Of a DNA stretch of 32,747 nt, positions 1-9,154 are shown piece after piece. The stretch spans positions 248,001-280,747 of the forward strand of contig JAVKOQ020000036.1 in NCBI GenBank assembly GCA_031835245.2, given 5' to 3'. Origin of the DNA: Balamuthia mandrillaris. Lineage: Eukaryota. The first letter of the stretch is position 1. Each line of letters starts with the position of its first letter. The notes under the pieces are model-generated. The model had not been told where the DNA came from, ran no database searches, and was given only the letters and a program-made list of their open reading frames with translations. Position numbers and translations under genes: made by a program.

Positions 1-412
1 TGTCCTTGTTCTTGCACTTCCCTTTAATCGAAGGCATAAGCATCGTGTGGGATGGAAAGAGCTGCCAAAGGAGAGGAGAGAGGAAATCGGCCAAGGGTGA
101 GGCCAAATGCCTCCTCACTCCTTCTATCCCCAACAAGTTCAAACCTCCTTGCTTCACCGCCATCTTGAATTGTGGGTCCTCTTCACCAAGCTCTCTTTCC
201 ATGTGTTTCGCTTCTTCGATCAGCGCAGAGCACACCTCCGGAGAGAACAGCGGAAAGAGAACCACTTGCGGGAACTGGTTTTGTGCGGCGGAGGCCCATT
301 GTTGTGGAGGTGCGCGGACAGCAAGGGAAGGGGACTCGGAGGTCAGCAGCCAACGTGAAAGCTCCAGCAGCTCTGGTTTGGAGAACGTTTTGCCAACGTT
401 ACGATGTTTCAT
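1..412 (-). CDS. OGFOD2/PLOD-like 2OG-Fe(II) oxygenase, N-terminal part (runs off window edge)
   Basis: Open frame from ATG 412 to the edge (absent from the ORF track): MKHRNVGKTFSKPELL...PQVVLFPLFSPEVCSALIEEAKHMERE...LASPLADFLSPLLWQLFP. Resembles the FPxFxxxFCxxLxEExxH segment that precedes the OGFOD2/PLOD catalytic domain. The HxD...H motif is not in the window. Confidence 0.55.
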   Translation of the reverse strand, partial: MKHRNVGKTFSKPELLELSRWLLTSESPSLAVRAPPQQWASAAQNQFPQVVLFPLFSPEVCSALIEEAKHMERELGEEDPQFKMAVKQGGLNLLGIEGVRRHLASPLADFLSPLLWQLFPSHTMLMPSIKGKCKNKD

Positions 413-525
413 GTATTTCTTCGTTCTGTTGCTGGAAAGAGAAGCTTAATTGCTGTATTTCTTGTAGACACCACAAAGAAAAGGAGAGGCAGAAAGAAAC
501 GTTTACTCTGTTTCACAGCCATCAC

Positions 526-3116
526 TCATGATGTGAATTGATCTTGAAAACGAGTGAGATAGTCCATCAATTGCTTTACACGAAGGCGGAGGCGTGCGTT
601 CTGTGCCTCCACGTGTCGAAGACACTGGTCCTTGTGCCGCAGCTGTGCCTGTAGCTGCATCACCAGGGAAGATGTTTCTATTTGTTGCGGCTGGGTAGAA
701 GAGGAAAGAGAGGGGTGTTGTTGTGGAGCTTGATGGGCTATTGTTACATGATTAGAAACAGGAAGAGTGGACGGGGAAGAAGGCGAAGGAGGAGTTTCAG
801 GAACGACGGTTGCTTCAAAAGCTGCTTCGGTGGTGCCAATCCTTGAAGATGATGGATAGTGTTGCTGTAGTGGTGGTTGTGGTTGTTGATGGCGAAGGTG
901 CTCTGTTGGTTTCTGCAAAGATGTGTCGCTGGCTATATCGGTGGCCTTTCGTCGTTTTCTCTTTCTGTGTTCTTCTTGTTGAAGTTCTTGCGCTTTTTCT
1001 TGAGCTTCGGTTCGCAGTTGCTGTTGTTCTTGTTCCTCTGTTTCTTGTTCTTGTATCCGTTTTGATTTCTGTGGTTGTTGTCGTTTGTTTGCACGTTCTT
1101 TGCTTTGCCCTCTTCGTTGATGGTGTTGATGTGGATGCTGTTGTTCTCGTTGGTCAACTTGATGTACTTGCATTGTATCTTGTTCTTGTACCTGTTGTTG
1201 TTGCTGTGCTGTTTCTTGTTCTAGATTCTGTTGTTCTGTTTCTTGTACTTGTCTTGGTTGTGGCTGTCGTTCTCGCTGCGGTTGCTGCTCAGCAATAACA
1301 TCCAAGGCAGAACCATGTGGTGGCTGTACACGTACACTCGTTTCAAGCTCCCTTCTCCTACCACCTTTCTTACCTTGGGTTGTGATGTTGCTCAGCGAAT
1401 CTGTTTCTCGAGCATCTCTTCGCAGTTTTTCAACACGTTGGCTTTGAGCCGTGGTGGGTTCTTCCTTCTCCTTGTGCTCCTTTTTCTCTCGTCGTTCTGA
1501 ATGTTCGTGACGTGAAGTGGTTCTGTGCCTAGACGACCTCTTCTTCTTGTCTTCCCGCTCTGTCTTCGTCCTCCGCTTGCTCCGTCTTTTACGTTTTTGC
1601 TGTACTTCATCATCGCTAAAAGAGGCAATATCCTCTTCTTCATCAACTTCGTCTGTTCTGCTTCTTTTCATGATATCTTTTCTTCGTTGGAAGAGCGGAA
1701 GCAGTTCTTTTGATTCTCCCACAAAGCGAGCACGAAGAGAACGCGTTAGTGATGGAGAGGACGAATCAATGAAAGAAGAAGAAGAATTAAGGAGTGCAGA
1801 AGACAAAATAGAATCTGAAGCACTCTGCTTCTTGTGATGCGTTTTTGAAGAAGTGAGACGGTGAGCACCTTGTTGTGGTCGCAGTTTTTGATTCATCACC
1901 GCTTTTTTTGTTTCATGCGCGTCGTCGTAATGGACAAGAGGAAGAACGGCAGGAACCTGAGAAAGAGCAGAAGAAGAGGGAACGGAGGCAGACGTATGCG
2001 TTGTTTTAGTCGTTGCCGAGAGATCAGATGGATTAGGAGAACAAAGAGGAAACGGAGGTTCGGTGACTGTTTTTTTGATAGCTGTTGGGGACGGTGAACA
2101 AGAAGAACAAGACGGCGAAGAGGATGGAGGAGATGGTGGTGGCGATGGAGAAGCAGCAGTCGATTCTTGCTCGTTTTGTTCTTTAGGAAGAGCGGAAGAA
2201 ACAGAGGAAGTAGAGGATTGTTGTCGTTGTGATGGTTGTTGTTGTTGTTGTTGTTGCGAGAAAGGGGAATGTGGAATAGGAATGGAACGCGGGGACCGAG
2301 AGTTGGCAGCTCGAGAATAGGGAGAAGGTTGAGATGCGGAGATACTGGTAGAGAACAGCGGTGGCGGAGGCAACAGCGGTCTGTGGCTGCGGGTGGGACT
2401 GGTTGCTGCTGCAGAGGCCGTTAGCAGGCTGCTTTGACGGTGAATAAAGTCGAGAGAGACTAGTTCTCCGTTTATGCGACAGGATGGCTTCTTTGTCTGT
2501 GAATGCTCTACAAATAGAGGACGAGAGAGAGAGAGAGAGAGAGAGCAGGAAAGAAGAGAAGAAACAGGGTTCAGACATCGAACAAAGCAGCACAGAAAAT
2601 AGAACAGGAGTTACCCTGAAGGGAGGATGAACTATGGACAACCTGTCGATGAATGGCATAAGAAGAGGAGGAAGAGGAGGAAGAGGAGGACAAAGCACCA
2701 CCAGCAGCAGCCGCAGCACCACTCGGAGCAGAAGAGTTCGCCGCTTTCTTCTTCTTCTTCCGAATCTCCTTTCCGGGCTCTTGCACTTGCAGTGACGCGT
2801 TTTGGGGTGTTGTTGCTGCGGCTGGTTGTCTGTTTGTGTTCTTTGTTGTTGTGGAGGAAGAGGCGAGAGCAGATGAAGAAGAAGGAGTAGAGGTGGAGGC
2901 CGCAGAACGTTGGGAGGAGGAGAAAGGGACGGGTGTTAATGACGGGGTGGAGAGTTGGATGCGCCGCAAGGAAGTGCAAGGGGTCGAGGTGGTTGTGTCT
3001 GAATCATGGGCAGGAAGGTCGCTTTTGGCGTAGATGGAGGGAGGTATTTCCTCGAAGCCCTCTTTGAAGGAAACAGTTTTCTTTGGTTTGGGCTGTCCAT
3101 CTCTGCTTCTCTTCAT
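526..3116 (-). CDS. Low-complexity S/Q/E-rich protein with C-terminal coiled coil (~828 aa)
   Basis: Exons 3116-2615 and 2507-526. A phase-1 GTAACT...TTGTAG intron joins ORF 2571..3170 in frame to ORF 526..2373. C-terminal heptads LVMQLQAQLRHKDQCLRHVEAQNARLRLRVKQL; N-terminal KKTVSF; basic NLS-like clusters. Confidence 0.75.
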
Positions 3117-3355
3117 TTTCTTTTTCTTTTTCAACCGTGTGGCCCGCACACCACTTCCAACCACCACCACCTTGTGGACCTCGTTAGCGAGAGGTCCTCC
3201 AGAACAAACGACCGTGGGCTGGGGCGTGGAGGGTAAGCTGCATCAACAGCTGCGTGGAACCCCTTTTTTCTTTGGTTCTTCGCACCTCGGAAGTAGTCGT
3301 GTCGTCACGAATCTGCCGAGCAGTCGCAGAGCACAACTTGGCCACGATTAGAAGA

Positions 3356-3368
3356 GGAGAGAGAGAGA

Positions 3369-3417
<49 letters not shown>
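3356..3417. repeat. (GA)n microsatellite
   Basis: Direct GA run. Similar runs at ~4004-4060, 17120-17160, 30333-30436 and 31010-31042. Confidence 0.95.
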
Positions 3418-3419
<2 letters not shown>

Positions 3420-3680
3420 AAGAGAGGGAGAAGGAAGAGAGGACGACAAAGAAAGAGAACAAAGAAAGAAAATGAGTTTCCGGTTTCACATTTTTTTTCA
3501 AAACAATGTACAAGTTTGTGTAATGGATATAAATAAAAAAAACGGCCCGGTAGTCTCAAGTCGCTCTCCCTTCTTTTCTTTTTGTGCCCACAACAACGCT
3601 ATGCCCAACTAGGGGCCATGGCTGGCGGAGAAAAGGAAGGAAAAAGAAAAAAAGAAAAAAAACTCAGAAAGGAAGTGTGC

Positions 3681-4001
3681 TCAGAAGAGAGCACACTTAT
3701 TCTTGCCTCCAGCAGAGGAACTGCCAGCTCCGGGCTTGGGATTGCAGACGATGCTGGTGATGGCCGAGTCGAACACTTCCTTCAACCCCACTCTGGTCAA
3801 TGCGCTGCATTCCATGTACCTGTAAGCCTTGATCTGTTTGGCCAACCTCTGTCCTTCCTCCTGGCTTACACAGTCTCCTTGCTCCTTACGCAAATCGGTC
3901 TTGGTGCCCACCAAGATGATTGGCGTCTTTGGGCAGTGGTGCTTCAACTACGTTTCGCGGGTTAAAAAACAAAAGGAACACGTGAACAAGGAAAAGTAAC
4001 G

Positions 4002-4064
<63 letters not shown>

Positions 4065-4800
4065 GCAGCAAGAAAGAAGAGACAAAAAGAATGGAAGAGG
4101 AAAGGGGAGGGATAAGAAGAGCAGATGAAGGAAGAGATAAGAGCAAACCTCAGGGACCCAGGTTTCGGTGACGTTGTCAAAGGAGGTTCTGGAGGCCACA
4201 GAGAAGCACAACAAAAAGATGTCTGTCTTCTGGTAGCTCAGTGTTCGGATTCTGGCGTACGCCTCCTGACCTGAAAGGTTGCTTATAGTCAGCCAAGTCA
4301 AAAGCAAACAAACAGAACAGAACAGAAATGAGAGACAGAAAGAGAACAGCGAAACAGTCGCGGAGGGGAAAGAACAAAGAGAAGAGGAGACGCCAAAAGA
4401 AAAAGGGGGGAGAAATGGAGAGAACAAAGAACGAGAGAAGAGAAAGGGGAGAAGAGAAGGGGAGGAAAAAAACCAATAAAAAGCGAGAGACAAAGGGGAG
4501 AGAGAGAAGAAAAGACAAACCAGCAGTGTCCCAAAGAGAAAAGATGACCTCTTTGCCTTCCACCAAGACGGTGGCCTCATAGTTGTCGAAAACTGTGGGT
4601 ACGTAGTCGGTGGGGAACTCATTTCGTGTGTAACTTTGGGAGGGAAACCAACCAGGTCAGACGGACCCCAAACCCCTCACAGTAAAAGAACAGAAAAAAA
4701 AAATAGGGAGAAAGGGGACAAACCTGATAAGCATGCAGGTCTTACCTACAGCACCGTCTCCCACGACCACGCATTTCACAGTCCTTTTGTCTCCAGACAT
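3681..4800 (-). CDS. Rho-family (Rac-like) small GTPase, copy A, 192 aa
   Basis: Exons 4800-4724, 4633-4521, 4270-4149, 3947-3681. Motifs [37 protein letters not shown], CaaX CALF. Probable 5'UTR intron 5087-4862 (GTAGGT...GCAAG). Confidence 0.95.
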
Positions 4801-5601
4801 CGTCTTCCTTGTATCGTGCTAGTGGTGACCAAACACAAAAGGATGGTTTTAAAATTTTTGACTTGCAAAGAAAGAAAGAGCACCAGAATATACACGGGGA
4901 ACAGGAGCAACTCCGAAGTTAAGAGACTCAAAGAAAGAAGGAAGGAAGGAAGGGAAGAGGGTCCAACGAACGAAATCCAACGGAGGGAAAGGAAAGGAAA
5001 GGAAAGGGGGAAAGAAGGAACGGCCAAAAGCAGCAAACAGGAACACACGACTAGACAACAACACCAACAAAAGAACAAGGCACCTACCCTCGACGTTACT
5101 TGTACAAAGCTTGTTTTTTTTTTGTTTGTTTTGCTTTGGTCTTCTTCTTCCTTTCGCCCACCCTTTTTTTCGAAAGCGGAAGAACAGCTATCAGGCAGAC
5201 CCTCGATCTCCCTCGTTCCTCTGCATTGCCTGGGTTTAAATTTCATCCTCCACTCTGGAACCCATGACGAGGCAATACTGTCCAATGATTTTCGCATTCA
5301 ACAAACGATGCCCGCTTTGGACACAACCAACCATGTTCCAGGTCCCATCCTTTCGCACCGAGGGTGACAAATTTAGATTTACCCAAATATGGTATAGTTT
5401 AAACCATTTAAAATAGTTGGTAACGCGAATAGGGCAATCATCCTCAAAAACAGGCTCACAATTTTTTTTTGTCGGGGTTCTGTCTGTCCTTCCCCTAAAA
5501 ATCTCTCTCTCTTTGCTGTTGCGGTGGGAGTGCGTATTTTTTTTCTCTGCGGGCTTTTTTTTTTGGTTGTAGCGAAAAAAAAAAGTGTAGAGGAGAAGAA
5601 G

Positions 5602-6746
5602 ATGGCAACGGACAAGCGGACTGTGAAATGTGTGGTTGTAGGAGACGGTGCTGTGGGTAAGACCTGCATGCTTATCAGGTTTGTTAGATCATTCTCCTAT
5701 CTTTTTTTTGTTCGCCTCCTCTCCGCGCAATCAACATTATATCTTCCGTAGCGGAACGCTGTAATTTTTTATTTTATTTTTCCTGTTTGTCTTTCTTTTC
5801 ATCTTTTTTTTTTCCTCCTTGAGAGGGGTTTGGGGTCCGTCTGACCTGGTTGGTTTCCCTCCCAAAGTTACACACGAAATGAGTTCCCCACGGACTACGT
5901 GCCCACAGTTTTCGACAACTATGAGGCCACCGTCTTGGTGGAAGGCAAAGAGGTTATCTTTTCTCTTTGGGACACTGCTGGTTTGTCTTTTCTTTCCCCG
6001 CCCCCCTCTCTTCCCTTTCCCTTTGTCTCTTGCTTTTTTTTTTTTGGGTTTTCCCCTCCCCTTCTCTTCTCCCCTTTCCTTTCTCTCGTTCTTTGTTCTC
6101 TCCATTTCTCCCCCCTTTCTCTGTTTTGTTGTCATATTTGGTGGGTTGCTGACGGAGACAACAATAGGCCAGGAAGCATACGCCAGAATCCGAACACTGA
6201 GCTACCAGAAGACAGACATCTTTTTGTTGTGTTTCTCTGTGGCCTCCAGAACCTCCTTTGACAACGTCACCGAAACCTGGGTCCCTGAGGTTTGTTCTCT
6301 TCTCTTCCTTCATCTGCTCTTCCTTCCCCTTCTCTCTAGTTTCGTTCCTATATTCTTTGTTCCCTTACCCTTTTCTCTTCCTTGTTCTACTCCCTCTTCT
6401 TTTGTCTCTTGCCTTGTTGCTTCTCTGCTGCATACCAACAATGCTTACCGAATACAACGTCTTTTCTAACTGAAAAATATAGCTGAAGCACCACTGCCCA
6501 AAGACGCCAATCATCTTGGTGGGCACCAAGACCGATTTGCGCAAGGGACAGCAAGACTGCGTAACTCAGGAGGAAGGACAGAGGTTGGCCAAACAAATCA
6601 AGGCCTACAGGTACATGGAATGCAGCGCATTGACCAAAGTGGGGTTGAAGGAAGTGTTCGACTCGGCCATCACCAGCATCGTCTGCAATCCCAAGCCCGG
6701 AGCTGGCAGTTCCTCTGCTGGAGGCAAGAAGTGTGTTCTCTTCTAA
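5602..6746 (+). CDS. Rho-family (Rac-like) small GTPase, copy B, 191 aa
   Basis: Exons 5602-5678, 5868-5980, 6168-6289, 6483-6746. First three exons have the same sizes (77/113/122 nt) and motifs as copy A; CaaX CVLF. Confidence 0.95.
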
Positions 6747-7761
6747 GCACATTTTCTTTCTGCCCGCTGCCTTTTCCCGTTGACTCTTTGGTTCCTTAAC
6801 GCCTCTCATTTGCCGTACCTTTTCACGAATGCCCAAGGGTTGTCAAGCCGCCATCCATTTCTTTACCTGTTCTTTCCACTCGGGCAAGCTGCCAGGACCA
6901 AAGACCTTGCCATTTCCTGTTGTTTTTTCCCCCCTGTTTACGGCCTGCCTTTGCAAGTTTGGAGCGTTCCTTGCTGCTTGCTATTTTCCCCCCTCTCTTT
7001 CTGACTCTAGTTGTCACATTATTTTACTACTCTGGTACTGGAGGTGGTTGCTGTTTTTGTTGTTAGAGTATTCTTTGCTTTTTTTAAAATACACCTTCTT
7101 CTTTCCCTGTACTTGTTGCCTTCTCCTCCTTGCCCTTCTCCTTGCTCTTCTCCCTTTTCTTCTACTTTGGTTGCGGTGGGGAAAACTAATAGGTATAGGG
7201 ACGCGTAGGTATTTGACTCTACGTCGACACGAAGAGTTCAAATTGTTCCAAGAAAAAACCGCGAAACAACCCTTAAACGGTCAATTCCAACGGCTACATT
7301 TCGTCTGCTCATTTTTAAGGTGGCTAACGTTCTCGCCTTCCCTTTTTTTTCTTTTGGGGTCCAATTTTTTTCTTTGCCGTTTTAATTTTTTTCTTTGCAG
7401 CAACGACTCTCTCTTTTAACTTCAACGGGAAGCCTCTTGGCCTCCATACAAAAATATTTTTAGGTAAGTCATGTTTTTTTTTTATTGTGTTTTTCCTTCT
7501 TCTTCTTCTCCCTTCTCCTCCCTTCTCCACTATCAAACAATAATGGCGACAAAGAAGATGAGATTATTTTTTTCCAACCCCTCCGCTAGCTTCCGCTCAT
7601 CTTCATCGGTCGATCGGGATGCAGCTGTTGCTACGAGATGAGTAGCCAACCGTCAAGCACATGAACTGACCTCCTCTTTCTTTTCCACCCCAAAATACTA
7701 CTACGTTTTGTTAAAAAAAACACAGAAAACACGCACACATCAATCAACAAGAGAGCAAACG

Positions 7762-8205
7762 ATGAGCGAAGCAGCAGTTACCCCCGTGAAAGGCAAGAGA
7801 GGAAGGAAGCCTGGCTCCAAGAACAAGAAGCCCAAGAAAGAAAGCGGTGGACGCAACAAACAACAGAAAGACCCTAACCGCCCCAAGCGCTGCCTCTCCG
7901 CCTACACCATCTACGTCACCGACAACCGCGCTCGCTTGAAGCAGGAGCACCCCGACCTCAGCTTTGGAGATCTGAGCCGAGAGCTGGCGAGGCAATGGAA
8001 GGAGCTCGACCCCACAGAGAAGGCCCAGTACGAGGCCAAGGCCTCCAAGGACAAGGAGCGCTATGCCTCGGAGATGGAGGCCTACAAGCAGAAGAAGGCC
8101 GAGGAGTCGGAGGAGGAGGAGTCTGACGAGGAGCAGCCCAAGCCCAAGAAGCGAGGACCCAAGAGGGGAAGCAAGCGAGCCAAGGTGGACAGCAGCGAGG
8201 AATAA
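7762..8205 (+). CDS. AT-hook-like + single HMG-box chromatin protein (Nhp6/HMGB-like), 147 aa
   Basis: Intronless. KGKRGRKPGSKNK AT-hook-like motif, HMG box DPNRPKRCLSAYTIY...WKELDPTEKAQYEAKASKDKERY, then acidic and basic tail. Strong G/C third-position bias. Confidence 0.93.
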   Translation: MSEAAVTPVKGKRGRKPGSKNKKPKKESGGRNKQQKDPNRPKRCLSAYTIYVTDNRARLKQEHPDLSFGDLSRELARQWKELDPTEKAQYEAKASKDKERYASEMEAYKQKKAEESEEEESDEEQPKPKKRGPKRGSKRAKVDSSEE

Positions 8206-8541
8206 ACAAGGAACCTCAACACTATCGGTGGAAGGAAAGGCATCTAGGATGACTGTGCGTGCTCTTTTTTTTTGTATGTGGACGGGCAGCAAGATGGAGT
8301 AGTAGTGAGTAGCAGTAAGGGAGGTGGTGGGTTTTTTTCATACCATTGTTTTGTTCTAGTTAGTTTGTTTATGTTATCATCTTCATTCAAAAATCAAAAA
8401 AACTTTTTAATGTACACGATTTGGGCTGTTAGGGGAGTTGCAAAAAAGTTTGGGTGACGAGCGCCCTCTGGAGGGGCGAGATGAAAGCAAAGGGAAGTAG
8501 TTCGTTGAAGAGAGTGGGCTACTCGAAAAATCAAAAAAAGA

Positions 8542-8760
8542 TTAAACGGAAGATCGGTTCATCAGCCAAAAAATCACCAGCGCAAAAAGTAAAAGGCCAA
8601 CAATCAAAACGCCAGTCCTGTTGCGCTGCAGAAAAGATCTCGGCAGAACTGCACCCCGGCGGTCCTCTCCGTGTGGTCCTCTGCCAAGCACCTTGTACGC
8701 TTTCGCCAAGGAGGGACCCGCTCCTCTGCTTCTAAGCCGTTCCTCCCTTGGCGCTTCCAT
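8542..8760 (-). CDS. Candidate tail-anchored membrane microprotein, 72 aa
   Basis: ATG-started ORF with a basic hydrophilic N-terminus and a single C-terminal hydrophobic helix GVLIVGLLLFALVIFWLM followed by NRSSV. T-rich 3' flank; GC-box-like element upstream. Confidence 0.5.
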   Translation of the reverse strand: MEAPREERLRSRGAGPSLAKAYKVLGRGPHGEDRRGAVLPRSFLQRNRTGVLIVGLLLFALVIFWLMNRSSV

Positions 8761-9154
8761 CTTTGGCTTACCCCTTTAGTCCGTAGTGGCGGCAGTGGAA
8801 AGAAGGCGGAGAAAAAAAAGTCGGGGCCAAACGGTCGGTTATCTCTCTCTTTTCCAAACGGCAAAAAAAAGCAACAAACTCCACGCCCAGCCCCGTGGCT
8901 TGGTTGGATACCACTGGGGTGGAGGGGTATCCACAAGACCAGTAATGAAAAAAATTGAAATGCACGAGGATTTCTTCAAGTAGGAGCTCGAAGTTCGTTG
9001 ACGGGGGCGATTCGCCTGCAGTGGGATACGATGCACCAAACAGGATGAACATCACCCGGTAACCAACCGGCTCTCAAAACAAAAGCAACAAGACTCAAAT
9101 CGAGAGGGAGGACAGAGAGAGAAAAGCTGATTTTAAAGCAAAATGCAGCATGGG

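Noticed and set aside
810..3351. Many + strand ORFs antisense to the 526-3116 gene
   Set aside because: Shadow frames of low-complexity coding sequence; no motifs.
3948..6469. Long hydrophobic or basic ORFs overlapping the Rac loci (e.g. 3948..4622, 4636..5367, 5819..6469)
   Set aside because: Read-through of CT-rich introns and UTRs; the spliced models explain the region.
6750..7540. Possible gene between Rac copy B and the HMG gene
   Set aside because: Only low-complexity frames; no consistent exon model could be built.
8600..9070. Telomerase RNA, RNase P/MRP or minor snRNA
   Set aside because: No CTAACCCTAA template or recognisable conserved boxes on either strand.
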